From: an uncultured Prevotellaceae bacterium
GTDB taxonomy: Bacteria; Bacteroidota; Bacteroidia; Bacteroidales; Bacteroidaceae
Reading direction: 5' to 3'
Length of the DNA: 61,465 nucleotides
NCBI GenBank assembly: GCA_947166155.1
Contig: CAMVDC010000001.1
Location: forward strand, 1-61,465
Below, piece after piece: positions 1 through 10,200 of the stretch. Position 1 is the first letter of the stretch, and each line of letters opens with the position of its first letter. The notes under the pieces were generated by a model. It was not told the DNA's origin and did not search any database. It saw only the letters and a program-made list of their open reading frames with translations. The position numbers and the translations under genes were made by a program.

Positions 1-20
1 CCCTTAAAACCTAAAACATC

Positions 21-905
21 ATGGTAAAGAAAATCAAGCATGTTGTTTTGAACCGCCGGACACCCCCTCCGCTCTGCTCGTCCCCCTTTCAAGGGGACAG
101 TTTGCTATTCGTTCTTCTCCTCTGTAGTTGCATGTCTGGCGCAAATCGCTCTGGCATGGATGTTGAACCACCTTTATATAATGGTGAGACGAGTGGCACG
201 TTCTCTGCCGAGTTGCTGAGGAAATCTCTGGCAGAACTTAATACAAAATATGTTCGTTTTGTCGTGACAGACACTCTTGGATCAACTTTTTATTATGAAG
301 TTGATACACTCGCATCATCCTCTGGCACAGCAAGGCTCGCTATGCCAATCGACGAGAATACATATGTGGGCAAAATCGTTCTGCCTGACACTGTAGTGTA
401 TAGGAACCGAGCGTATGCACTGACGGATATATACACCGCATTTAGAGGACAGCAAAAACTGACAGATGTTGTATTGCCTCACACTGTACGCTCTTTATCT
501 TGTTCATGCTTTGCAGAGTGTGTTTCCTTGGAAGTGATTCACCTGCCTGCCAACCTTGAGTTTGTCGATTGCGATGTATTTGTTCACTGCGACAGATTGA
601 GGGATATATATATTGATGCATTAGTTCCACCCGTGGCAAGTCGGTTCACATTCATGGGTTTTAATGTGAGTAAGTGTACCTTGCATGTGCCGCAAGGTAG
701 AAAACAGAAGTACCGACAGGCAGATGGCTGGAAAGATGTTGGACATATAGTTGAGGAATGGCGGTTGGAGGCCAACAACAAGGAAGAAGAAAATCAAAAT
801 GGGAATCAAGGTAATGGAAATGACGGAGGGGGGAACACTATTGGAGCGCCTGATAATACATTATTACAATCACAACATTATGAGTATTTAAAAGACTGGA
901 ATTAA
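21..905 (+). CDS. BspA-type leucine-rich-repeat (LRR_5-like) protein, probable lipoprotein
   Basis: 294-aa ORF with degenerate LRR units (e.g. VVLPHTVRSLSCSCFAECVSLEVIHLPANLEFV). The C-terminal tail CTLHVPQGRKQKYRQADGWKDVGHIVEE is paralogous to the tail of ORF 2312..3016. LLLCSC lipobox-like segment. Start codon uncertain. Confidence 0.6.
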   Translation: MVKKIKHVVLNRRTPPPLCSSPFQGDSLLFVLLLCSCMSGANRSGMDVEPPLYNGETSGTFSAELLRKSLAELNTKYVRFVVTDTLGSTFYYEVDTLASSSGTARLAMPIDENTYVGKIVLPDTVVYRNRAYALTDIYTAFRGQQKLTDVVLPHTVRSLSCSCFAECVSLEVIHLPANLEFVDCDVFVHCDRLRDIYIDALVPPVASRFTFMGFNVSKCTLHVPQGRKQKYRQADGWKDVGHIVEEWRLEANNKEEENQNGNQGNGNDGGGNTIGAPDNTLLQSQHYEYLKDWN

Positions 906-918
906 AACAACTGTGTAT

Positions 919-1992
919 ATGATACGAACAATTCTCTACTCATTTCTTTTTATGGTCTCTGTCTGTATTAAAGCCCAGCAATTTACCTACACATACGATA
1001 CCATCCGACTTGATTTTGGTAGGCTCGGTTTAGCATCATCTTACTCAACATTGCTGTTCGGGACTGTTTTTCGTGATATGTATTGCTTTGTTGCATTAGG
1101 AAATGATGCTTGCCAATACTTGCTGATGACTGACATGCAGGGAAGGATGTTACACAAAATTAAGGTACCTATAGATACTGAAAACGAAAGGTACATAAGC
1201 GCTTTGCTTACACGCAACGACTCGCTCATCTTGAAGCGTAACAGGGAGTATACTGTCGACTGCTACGAACGTTGGAACTATGAATACGAAGTACTTAACG
1301 GATTGGAACATGAAATCGTGCCGAATGATATGCATGACTATTATCTCGATACGGGGTCATGGGAGATTCGTCCATGCAACACAGCTTTCTCCGCAATATA
1401 TGAAGACCGCAGGTTTGTCGCGCTAAGCATGGCCGCAGGGGAGTTTGGCAGCTGGCTGCTGTTTCAAGAAAAGAAGCATAAGAGACTGCATTTGTTCAGG
1501 GAGGCGACATTCCGTTTGTTTCGTATCGGCAAGAGTTACTATGGGATAAATTGGTATGGGATATTCAAGATTGACAGGCCAGAAAGCGCACCTGTAGTCG
1601 ATGGGAGCGTTCATCATACTGATTATGAATACAAGGCTGAATACTCAAGGGGTAAATACCTATACAAAACAAAGTCAGGAGATACATCTGAAATGATGTC
1701 TACGGAATTTATAGAAGATGGTTTTGTACATGGCAGGAGGCTTTATGTTGTGGTTCGTACGGCAGACGATTTATTTATAGCCAGATATGCAGACAAAAGT
1801 CTAATCCCCATGATGAGTTTAGGACAGCATTTTGCGCAGTGGAGAGTTTTCACGCAATTCAGCATGTCGGACTCAAATCGAGCGCTAATCAAACTATATG
1901 ACCGTGAGCAGCAACAATGTCGGGCACTTGTTTTCATTAACGAATTAAAAGTAAATGTTATATATATTATGTTACAAAACTCATATAAATAA
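919..1992 (+). CDS. hypothetical secreted protein (no family recognised)
   Basis: Uninterrupted ORF. ATG at 919 (the track starts at GTG 913) gives the signal-like N-terminus MIRTILYSFLFMVSVCIKAQQ. It sits between two LRR paralogues. Confidence 0.5.
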   Translation: MIRTILYSFLFMVSVCIKAQQFTYTYDTIRLDFGRLGLASSYSTLLFGTVFRDMYCFVALGNDACQYLLMTDMQGRMLHKIKVPIDTENERYISALLTRNDSLILKRNREYTVDCYERWNYEYEVLNGLEHEIVPNDMHDYYLDTGSWEIRPCNTAFSAIYEDRRFVALSMAAGEFGSWLLFQEKKHKRLHLFREATFRLFRIGKSYYGINWYGIFKIDRPESAPVVDGSVHHTDYEYKAEYSRGKYLYKTKSGDTSEMMSTEFIEDGFVHGRRLYVVVRTADDLFIARYADKSLIPMMSLGQHFAQWRVFTQFSMSDSNRALIKLYDREQQQCRALVFINELKVNVIYIMLQNSYK

Positions 1993-2139
1993 CTTTCATA
2001 AAAAAAGAATATATCATGCTGAAAGTAGAAATACAGTAAATCGGTCGGTTTCATCGGGGAAAATCCGCTTTTAGTTGAGAGATTTCAGGTTATTTAATAA
2101 ATAAACAACAGAATATTTGATTGGTATGACCGAAATGCT

Positions 2140-2147
2140 TATATTTG
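2140..2147 (+). promoter_or_regulatory. Bacteroidota -7 box TATATTTG (TAnnTTTG)
   Basis: Exact consensus match, 165 nt upstream of the LRR gene start at 2312. Confidence 0.4.
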
Positions 2148-2311
2148 CATGCGAATTACCATCAAAACCTAAAATGACATAGCTTATGCATGGACAGCCA
2201 ATACATAAGACAAATCTCCCCCTCGGGAATATGCTTAAGTGCGTATTAAGGGTGCCAATACGTTTATCTATGCCAGTATTTTAATGATGTTTTACTTAAA
2301 TTAACAATACA

Positions 2312-3016
2312 ATGACTTATCAACCCAACCCACATTTTCGGTTACTGTGTTTTGCCATAATCCAATTACTGATACCACTACCAAAGGCATTTTCTCAAAC
2401 TCCCACACTTGCTGGATATGAATTATATAAAACTACAGATAAAGCAAGTACGGCCATGTGGTTTCAAGTTATGATGTTTTCGACTGATAGCGGAGAAATC
2501 CAGAAAGCGTATTTCTGTAAGGAAAACATATTAGCAAAATCGTATAAGGGACTACTGCATATCCCTGGTTCTATAAAAACTGAATTCGGGGCTGTTATCC
2601 CTGTCGAAGGAGTTATTATGGGTGGATGTAGCGACTGTGATGAATTGGATAGTGTATATATTGAATATGGTATTAAAAATATCATACACGAAGCTTTTTC
2701 CGGTTGTATTAATTTACGCGGAATAAGACTGCCACCATCACTTGAATACATCGGAATGAAAGCGTTCGAGGGGTGTACATCACTGAGATGGATTGAGTTG
2801 CCACATCATTTACATACAATACAAGCAGAAGCATTTGCCGATTGCTGCAATATCAGGTATTGCAAAGTAAACTGGCACAAGCCAATAGATATTGGAAGTT
2901 CTGTATTTAAAGGATGTCAATTAAGTGGATGCACCCTTGTCGTTCCGCGCGGCACTCGCCGACTCTATGAGCAAGCCGAGGGCTGGAAGGACTTCGGACA
3001 TATTATTGAAGAATAG
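2312..3016 (+). CDS. BspA-type leucine-rich-repeat (LRR_5-like) protein
   Basis: 234-aa ORF with signal-like N-terminus and LRR units (IHEAFSGCINLRGIRLPPSLEYIGMKAFEGCTSLRWIELPHHLHTIQAEAF). Ends with CTLVVPRGTRRLYEQAEGWKDFGHIIEE, like ORF 21..905. A TATATTTG box lies upstream and a hairpin terminator downstream. Confidence 0.65.
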   Translation: MTYQPNPHFRLLCFAIIQLLIPLPKAFSQTPTLAGYELYKTTDKASTAMWFQVMMFSTDSGEIQKAYFCKENILAKSYKGLLHIPGSIKTEFGAVIPVEGVIMGGCSDCDELDSVYIEYGIKNIIHEAFSGCINLRGIRLPPSLEYIGMKAFEGCTSLRWIELPHHLHTIQAEAFADCCNIRYCKVNWHKPIDIGSSVFKGCQLSGCTLVVPRGTRRLYEQAEGWKDFGHIIEE

Positions 3017-3086
3017 CTATTAATAAAAATGCGTACCTTTGTTCTTGTTATTGATGTTTTGTCGCAAAAACAAAGGTAACAAAGGG

Positions 3087-3123
3087 GGCTGAAACCCGAA
3101 CGAGGATTTCAGCCTATTTTTTT
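3087..3123 (+). terminator. rho-independent terminator
   Basis: GGCTGAAA...TTTCAGCC forms an 8-bp stem, followed by TATTTTTTT, downstream of the LRR gene 2312..3016. Confidence 0.7.
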
Positions 3124-3207
3124 ATATTGCTAAAAAACTTTTACCGGACACCAATAATTTGGTATACTTTTACGTTATCATTTACAGCAACCTAAATATA
3201 AGATAGC

Positions 3208-4812
3208 ATGAAAAGAAGGAATTGTTTTGCACTCCTGGCAATATTAATTGCAACAACTCTGCAAGCCCAGCCTGTGACAGACGTTGACGATGGCCCTGCA
3301 GTATGGGGACAATGGACTGAGTGGGGCGACCAACAGAATGGCCTCTATCGTAACCCCGTCGTTCCGGCTGACTTCAGCGACATCGACTGCATCCGCGTTG
3401 GTGACGATTACTATGCCATTTCATCAACCATGCAGTTTTCGCCTGGTATGACCATACTGCACTCACGAGACTTGGTGAATTGGGAGTATGCCGGTCATGC
3501 CGTCAGTTACCTGACACAAATCAGTTCTGCGCTTTCGTGGCAGGAGATGAATCGTTACGGCAGGGGAGTCTGGGCGGGTACACTTCGTTATCATAAGGGC
3601 AGGTTTTATCTTTACTTCGGTACTCCCGACGAAGGATATTTCATGACCTCGGCCCCCAAGGCCGAAGGACCTTGGGAACCGTTGACTTGCCTGTTGGCAG
3701 ATGACGGGTGGGACGATTGTACCGTCTGTTGGGATGAGCGGGGCAACGGATGGTTCTTTGGCACTTGCTTCAAGGATAACTATAAGACCTTCCGGTTCAA
3801 GATGGCTCGCGATGGTCGAAGCATCGAACACCAGAGTGGAGTTGTCGTGAATGAAGGTAACGGTCGCGAGGCCAACAAAATCATATATCACGATGGCTTC
3901 TACTACCTACTGTTCAGTGAGCACAAGGGTGGAATAGGCCGTTATGTGATGGCTAAACGCGACAGTAAGATAACCGGTAAATTCTCCGAGGAGTGCCAAC
4001 TTCTCCAGCCTTGTACCGAGGCCAACGAGCCTAATCAGGGCGGCATTGTGGAGGGACCTGATGGGCATTGGTATTTCCTTACTCATCATGGATCGGGTGA
4101 CTGGAGCGGAAGGATTATGAGCCTGTTGCCTGTATCGTGGAAGAACGGTTGGCCCATGATTGGCAAGTTGAATGACAGCTCTGAACCTGGCGTGATGGTC
4201 TGGAAAGGTACAATGCCAGCCACACAGAATGCACGGCTCAATTTGCAGCGAAGTGACGATTTCGACACTCCGACACTCGGTGCGCAGTGGCAATGGAACT
4301 ACGAACCACGACGGGAGATGTTTTCCCTGTCCGAGCGTCCAGGGTGGCTCCGCCTCAAGGCTTTCAAGCCTCTTGAATCGCAGAACTTGCTGAAAGTTGG
4401 CAATACGATAACACAACGCTCGTTCCGCACACAAAACAACGAAGTCATTGTCAAACTCGACATCACCCATATTGCTGACGGTCTGCATACTGGCTTGGCT
4501 CATTTCTCTCATGCGTATGGTGCAATCGGTATCTTCAGACATCATGGTCAGAACTATATTGAGACCATCCAAGGCGGTAAGTGGGAAGCCTCTCAGCCTA
4601 TTCAGTCATCCTCTGTATGGCTAAAATCAGTTTGGGGACTCGATGGAATGAGCCGTTTCTATTATAGTACCGACGGCGATACCTTCCTACCATTAGGAAC
4701 CTATCAACTCTCCTGGGGATTCTATCGCGGTGACCGCATCGCAGTTTATTGTTTTAATGAACAGGCAGATACTGGTTATGTCGATGTGGATTATCTACAT
4801 TATTCTTTCTAA
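3208..4812 (+). CDS. glycoside hydrolase family 43 (beta-xylosidase/alpha-L-arabinofuranosidase-like) with C-terminal beta-sandwich
   Basis: Signal peptide MKRRNCFALLAILIATTLQAQ. GH43-type propeller motifs: NPVVPADFSDIDCIRVGDDYYAISST, GVWAGTLRYHKGRFYLYF, EANKIIYHDGFYYLLFSE, NQGGIVEGPDGHWYF. About 200 aa of C-terminal lectin-like domain. Confidence 0.85.
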   Translation: MKRRNCFALLAILIATTLQAQPVTDVDDGPAVWGQWTEWGDQQNGLYRNPVVPADFSDIDCIRVGDDYYAISSTMQFSPGMTILHSRDLVNWEYAGHAVSYLTQISSALSWQEMNRYGRGVWAGTLRYHKGRFYLYFGTPDEGYFMTSAPKAEGPWEPLTCLLADDGWDDCTVCWDERGNGWFFGTCFKDNYKTFRFKMARDGRSIEHQSGVVVNEGNGREANKIIYHDGFYYLLFSEHKGGIGRYVMAKRDSKITGKFSEECQLLQPCTEANEPNQGGIVEGPDGHWYFLTHHGSGDWSGRIMSLLPVSWKNGWPMIGKLNDSSEPGVMVWKGTMPATQNARLNLQRSDDFDTPTLGAQWQWNYEPRREMFSLSERPGWLRLKAFKPLESQNLLKVGNTITQRSFRTQNNEVIVKLDITHIADGLHTGLAHFSHAYGAIGIFRHHGQNYIETIQGGKWEASQPIQSSSVWLKSVWGLDGMSRFYYSTDGDTFLPLGTYQLSWGFYRGDRIAVYCFNEQADTGYVDVDYLHYSF

Positions 4813-4819
4813 AATCATA

Positions 4820-4861
4820 GGGAGGAAGTAGCTTGCAAGTACGCAGTATCCTTCCCTTTTT
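4820..4861 (+). terminator. possible rho-independent terminator
   Basis: GGGAGG...CCTTCCC forms an imperfect stem, followed by TTTTT, 8 nt after the GH43 stop. Confidence 0.4.
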
Positions 4862-5200
4862 GTAGAGCCTTCCTCTTTTGTCATATCGACGAACTCCGAC
4901 GTAAGGAGAGAGGTCGGAGCATATCTTGAAGTTGCAGGGCAACTTACATTTAGTAAAGTGATTCGCACTTTCAAGATCCCATCGACTCCACCACCATCAT
5001 GCTGTTTTCCAATGCTATCCTCAAGGGCGTGGGATGCCACCCGAAGACAAATAAAATAAAAATGAATAATGGAGGCTTATATAGAAAAAGAAATTATCAC
5101 GAGTTCTGTGTTTCAGAAAATTGGGGTTGCTATAACTATGTTTAGGGGACAGTAATAGATGTTTTTATGAAAAATGTTTGGTGGTGTCGATAATAAGTGG

Positions 5201-5208
5201 TATTTTTG
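5201..5208 (+). promoter_or_regulatory. Bacteroidota -7 box TATTTTTG
   Basis: Exact TAnnTTTG, 33 nt upstream of ATG 5241. This supports 5241 as the true start. Confidence 0.5.
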
Positions 5209-5240
5209 TCGTCGGAATTTTGTTTGAACTACTTGATACA

Positions 5241-7082
5241 ATGAAGAAACCGATATTGATGTTTGCTTGCCTCGTGGCGGGCAGCGTGGCTTTTGCCCAG
5301 AGTCACTGGGTGGGCACATGGGGCACGGCTCCACAACTGGTAGAGAACAACAACAACCCTCCTTCGCCTGGGCTGAGCGGCAATTCGTTGCGACAAATCG
5401 TGCAGGTGTCGATTGGCGGCGAGCGTGTGCGACTGAAGCTGACGAACGAGTTCAGCAACGGACCGGCACAAATCAAGGCTGTGGAACTGGCTTACGCCAA
5501 GACGGCTGGCAGCAGCAGTGCTATCGACGAGAGCTCAGTGGTGAGCCTTACGTTTGACGGCAATGCTGGTGTGACCATTCCTGCCAAGGGCAAGGTGGTG
5601 TCCGACCCTGTGGACTTCCATCTCGAGGGGCGGCAGAATGTGGCAATCACCCTACATTATGGTTCAGCTTCTTCGACCAATGTGAGCGGACATCCCGGCT
5701 CGCGCACCACGTCGTACTTGAAACAGGGCAACACCACGAACTTCAGCGGAGCTACGACCACCGACCACTGGTATAACATCCTGGCGCTTGAGGTAGAGGC
5801 TCCCGAGGATGCGGGTGCTGTGGCCATTCTGGGCAATTCGATTACCGACGGACGTGGTTCGACCACCAACCAGCAGAACCGCTGGCCCGATGTGCTTTCG
5901 CGCCGACTGCTGGCCAACACGCCGACGAGCCATGTGGCGGTGCTCAACATGGGCATCGGTGGCAACTGTGTGCTCGGCGGAGGTCTGGGTCCCGCTGCCG
6001 TGAACCGATATCAGCGCGACCTGCTGGGGCAGGAGGGAGTGAAGTGGATCATATTGTTTGAAGCCGTGAACGACCTGGGAGGTGCTCAGAATGGTGTGCA
6101 GACGGCCAAACGCATCATCGACGTGTATAAGCAAATCATACGCGAAGCTCACCAGAAGGGCATTTATGTGTTTGGTGCTACAGTCACACCGTTCAAAGGC
6201 AACAACTACTACTCGACCGACCACGAGAAGGGGCGCAGCACGCTGAACCAGTGGATTCGCAGCACGAAGATGCTCGACGGAGTGATAGACTTCGACGAGG
6301 CGGTGCGCAACCCCGACAACCCCGAAGCCATGCAGTCGCAGTTCCTGTTTGAAAACGACTGGCTGCACCTGAACGCCAAGGGTTATGAGACGATGGGTGG
6401 ATGTATCGACCTGAACTTGTTTACCAAGACCGACCCTGTGTCGGACGTGGAGGACGAGACCGAGGAATATGGCGAAGCGCTGTGGATAGAGGCAGAAGAC
6501 CTGCGCACCACCACTGCCGGCACGGCATACCGGCTGCAGGAAGATGTAGCGGCATCGAAGGGACAATATCTGGAAACGGTGGTGCAGACGGCCAACGGAG
6601 CACCGACCGACAGTGCATACATCCTTGCCGCCAACTTCACCACACCAAAGACCGACACATATTATATATATGCACGCGTGAAGTGCCCCACATGGGACGA
6701 CGACAGCTACTACGTGAGCCTCGACGGTGCGCTGACCAGCAGTTTCGTAAACGGACTCCAGACGGCATCGTGGGATTGGAAAGAGATATATCATGGCTCC
6801 ATGCGGGCAGGTGAGCACAAACTCTATATAGGCGGCCGTGAGGATGGTGCCTGCCTCGACAAACTCTGTATCACCACCAACCCCGAAGCCCCGACGGGCA
6901 TGGGAGGCACAGCCACACCTACAGCCATCAACCGCCTGACAACCGACCGACAAGCCGAGCAGGTGGAGATATACTCCATCGACGGCATGCGCTTGACGAA
7001 CAGCGCGATGCGCGGCACATTGATCGAAGTGCATCGCAAGAGCGACGGAAGCGTGGAGGTGAGGAAGGTGAAAAGTGAATAG
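5241..7082 (+). CDS. SGNH/GDSL-family hydrolase (carbohydrate esterase-like) with CBM-like domain and T9SS C-terminal domain
   Basis: ATG 5241 gives the signal peptide MKKPILMFACLVAGSVAFAQ; the track ORF begins 21 codons earlier at 5178. SGNH block I is AILGNSITDGRGS and block V is ENDWLHLN (DxxH). A beta-sandwich-like segment (WIEAEDL...YYIYARV...LDKLCIT) follows. The last ~70 aa resemble a T9SS sorting domain. Confidence 0.8.
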   Translation: MKKPILMFACLVAGSVAFAQSHWVGTWGTAPQLVENNNNPPSPGLSGNSLRQIVQVSIGGERVRLKLTNEFSNGPAQIKAVELAYAKTAGSSSAIDESSVVSLTFDGNAGVTIPAKGKVVSDPVDFHLEGRQNVAITLHYGSASSTNVSGHPGSRTTSYLKQGNTTNFSGATTTDHWYNILALEVEAPEDAGAVAILGNSITDGRGSTTNQQNRWPDVLSRRLLANTPTSHVAVLNMGIGGNCVLGGGLGPAAVNRYQRDLLGQEGVKWIILFEAVNDLGGAQNGVQTAKRIIDVYKQIIREAHQKGIYVFGATVTPFKGNNYYSTDHEKGRSTLNQWIRSTKMLDGVIDFDEAVRNPDNPEAMQSQFLFENDWLHLNAKGYETMGGCIDLNLFTKTDPVSDVEDETEEYGEALWIEAEDLRTTTAGTAYRLQEDVAASKGQYLETVVQTANGAPTDSAYILAANFTTPKTDTYYIYARVKCPTWDDDSYYVSLDGALTSSFVNGLQTASWDWKEIYHGSMRAGEHKLYIGGREDGACLDKLCITTNPEAPTGMGGTATPTAINRLTTDRQAEQVEIYSIDGMRLTNSAMRGTLIEVHRKSDGSVEVRKVKSE

Positions 7083-7141
7083 ACCCTCTGCCTTCTTCCC
7101 CCTCTGTACCCCCCTTCCCCCGTTGGGGGATTGAGGGGGAA
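7083..7141 (+). repeat. C-run/G-run nested hairpin module
   Basis: TTCCCCCTC (7096-7104) pairs with GAGGGGGAA (7133-7141). The inner pair is CCCCC-gtt-GGGGG (7117-7129). It lies directly after the SGNH hydrolase stop. Confidence 0.7.
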
Positions 7142-7216
7142 AAGAACAGTCTTGTAAACATAGTGGATAACACTTATTAAAAAACAACAATTTATAAACA
7201 ACATCTTAAACTTACT

Positions 7217-10200
7217 ATGAACATCATGAAACGTATTGCGTGCACCATAGCCTGTATGGTGCTGCTGGCAATGACCTCAGTGTCATCAGCCCAAGTGACA
7301 GATGTGTCACAGCGTAGGGGGGCATTGGCTAAATGGTCGACCTACAGGCAGATAGCCAACCAAGCCACCGACCACTCGGCATTCGACCAACTGCTGGTCG
7401 AGGCAGAGAAGGCCACCACCGATGCTGAGACACAGAGTTATGACGCCCAACTATGGACGGCACTGAAACACCTTATCGCTACCGGCGAGACCAAGACAGG
7501 TCAGTTCGACCTCACGGCGCTGGTGGCAAGCAGTTTCGAAGTGAGGGAATTCACCAACTCGAAGACTGGCAACGTGACCTACACCCTGACCGACATGCCT
7601 GCCGGAAACTACACCCTGAAGGTGCAAGCCTTCCAGCGTCCGGCCGACAACCTGACATCAAATTCGTGGTATGAGTCGGGACGCGATGTCTATAAGACCA
7701 ATATGTTTCTCGGCTCGGCCATGCAACCCATCAAGAACATCAACGACGACGCACGCTTCCGCCTCACCCAAGCCAGTTCGGACACCGAGGGAGCCAACAG
7801 CCTGTCGGTGCCGGGTTCGCTTGCGGGTGCCAAGGCTGCATTCAATGCCGGATTGTACTGGAACGTGATGCGCACTACCGTCGAGGCCGACGGCGACCTC
7901 AGAGTGGGTGTACGCATTGCATCGGCATCGACCGACAACTGGATGGTGTGTGGACAGATGCGCCTGTACTACGGAGCTAAAACCGTGGAAAAGACCTTGC
8001 GACAGTTGGTGAGATACAACATAACCGAAGACACATACGCCAACGTAGAGACCAACATAGTGGTGAATCCGGGCAAACCCGTGCCACTCTGCCTGCCGTT
8101 CAACCTCAACAAGTCGCAGACCGACTCGCTCTTCAAGGCCGTGTATGTGCTGGGAGGAGTGGAAGAAGTGGATGGTAAACTCGTGGGCAAGCTGGTGCCC
8201 GTGAGCACCATCGAAGCCGGACATAGCTACTATGTTGAGGTCGACGAGACAACCACGGTGGGAGGAAAAGACGTGCTGATGCGAGCCGTAGTGCCCGACA
8301 GCGTTCCTGCACTGTGGGAAGGCGGATATATGGTCGGTACCTACATGACCAAAGGCTATGGAGCCACACTCTATCTGTCGCCAGCCTTGCAGCCGAAAGC
8401 ATCGACCCTGACACTGCAACCCATGGACTATAACGACATGAGTTTCACCACCAACCTCGAGAACACCACTGCCCGCCGCTATCTGGCCACAGGTCCATAT
8501 ACCGAAGCATCGCCATCGGTCATCAGCAGCTACTACATGACCCCGCCATTGCGTCGCGACCAACCAAAGGCCGTAGTGATACCAGTGCCCGAAAGCACCG
8601 ACCGCATAAAGCTGACCCTGGCCTTCAAGCCCGACTTCTCGGACGGCAAGTCGCAGAACTTTGTGGCAGGAACCACCATGTGTGAGGTACAAAACCTCGT
8701 GCCACAACGCACATATTACTATAAGGTGGAACAAGGCGAAGAGGTGCTGACCAGCGGACAATTCAAGACCGAAGGAGTGGTGCGCATGATAAAGGCCAGC
8801 TCGGTGAGCAACATACGCGACCTGGGAGGATGGACCAACTGCGACGGCAACACAGTGCGCTATGAGAAGATATATCGTGGCAGCGAGTTGAATGTGGGTC
8901 AGGTGCTCAACTCCTACGACCTTCGCAAACTGCAGATGGTAGGTATGGCAGCCGAGATAGACCTGCGTGCCACCTACAACGTGAACGGACAGAACACCGC
9001 CTCGACCTTTGGCAGTTCGGTGCCATTCTACTTCTCCGACCTCGGTCGTTGGAGCGACAACACCCTGCAACTCGATGTCGACAAGTGGTCGGGCACGTTT
9101 AAGTTCCTTGTAAACAACGTGAATGCCGGCAAACCACTTTATTTCCACTGTGCTGTGGGAGCCGACCGCACCGGCTGTCTGGCACAGCTCATTGAGGGAG
9201 TGCTCGGACTCTCGCGCGACCAGATGTATCACGACTACGAACTCACATCCTATTCGCCTGCTGGCGAGCGCAAGAAGGTGAAGCTCGACCCTGCAATCAA
9301 CTACGTAATCCAGAGCTCGAAGGGCCACACCATGCAGGAGCACTACTTCCACTATCTTGTCACTAAGTTGGGAGTATCGGCCACCGACCTTCGCGACTTC
9401 GTGAACAACATGATTGACGGCGAGACCGCCATGCTCCACTATCCGCTCAGCTTTGATTTTGCCGACGATGTCTATTTTGAGTCGATGAGCGACATATATG
9501 CACGCTGCACCGTGGGTTCTAAAGTCCATAGCGGAGCACGCGCACAGTTGCAAGCCGATGGTGGCGAGGCTACAGCCGTGACAATGAAGGTTGAGGGACC
9601 CTTCATCGTTTTTGCCAACACAACCCTCAACCCCGCTACAACCTACACACTGACCATCCCGGCCAGTGCTATCGACAACCCCGAAGGCACATCGAACACA
9701 GAAGCTGTATCGCTCCGATTCCAAACCCCCGATACATTTGCACAGCGCGGATACCTCTATGCACCTGCACTCGATAAGTTTGTGAGCCGTGGTGCAAACT
9801 TCGGCTGCCGCATCATTGCCGACAACTTCGGACTGCCAGTAGCCATATCGACCGACACCGACGGCGACCGCCTGCTCAGTTTCCTCGACAACGGACTCTA
9901 CCTGTCGCACGACGGATATGGCGACCGTGCATCGACAGCCACCAACCTGAAGTGGACAATCGAAACCGTGGACGACGGCTTTGTGCTCAAATCATCGACA
10001 GGCAAGTATATGGCCCTCACAGGCAACAGCTACCTCACAGCCAACGCATCGACAGCCGCACAAGCAACCAAGTTGGTGATGAAGACCGCCGCCGAACAGC
10101 GCGAGATAGTGTCACGCCTGCAGTTCGACAACAACATAGCAGCCCTGAAGAAGGCCGGAGTGGAAACCACCGACGATGCAATAGCCAGTCAGATTGCAGC

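Noticed and set aside
5178-5240. The upstream extension of the SGNH hydrolase ORF (MVVSIISGIFVVGILFELLDT).
   Set aside because: A TATTTTTG -7 box lies inside it at 5201-5208, and ATG 5241 yields a canonical signal peptide. The extension is probably untranslated.
7658-9910. A 750-aa ORF on the minus strand, antisense to the 1751-aa gene. Similar long antisense ORFs lie at 5664..7190, 10532..11713, 24921..25916, 26326..27231, 31075..32205, 39242..40093, 42600..43556, 43976..44971, 50238..51044, 51959..52852, 58765..59679 and 60588..61325.
   Set aside because: Each lies entirely inside a confidently identified gene on the other strand. Their translations are low-complexity (H/V/G/R-rich) with no recognisable motifs. 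They are the stop-poor antisense frame expected from GC-rich third-codon positions.
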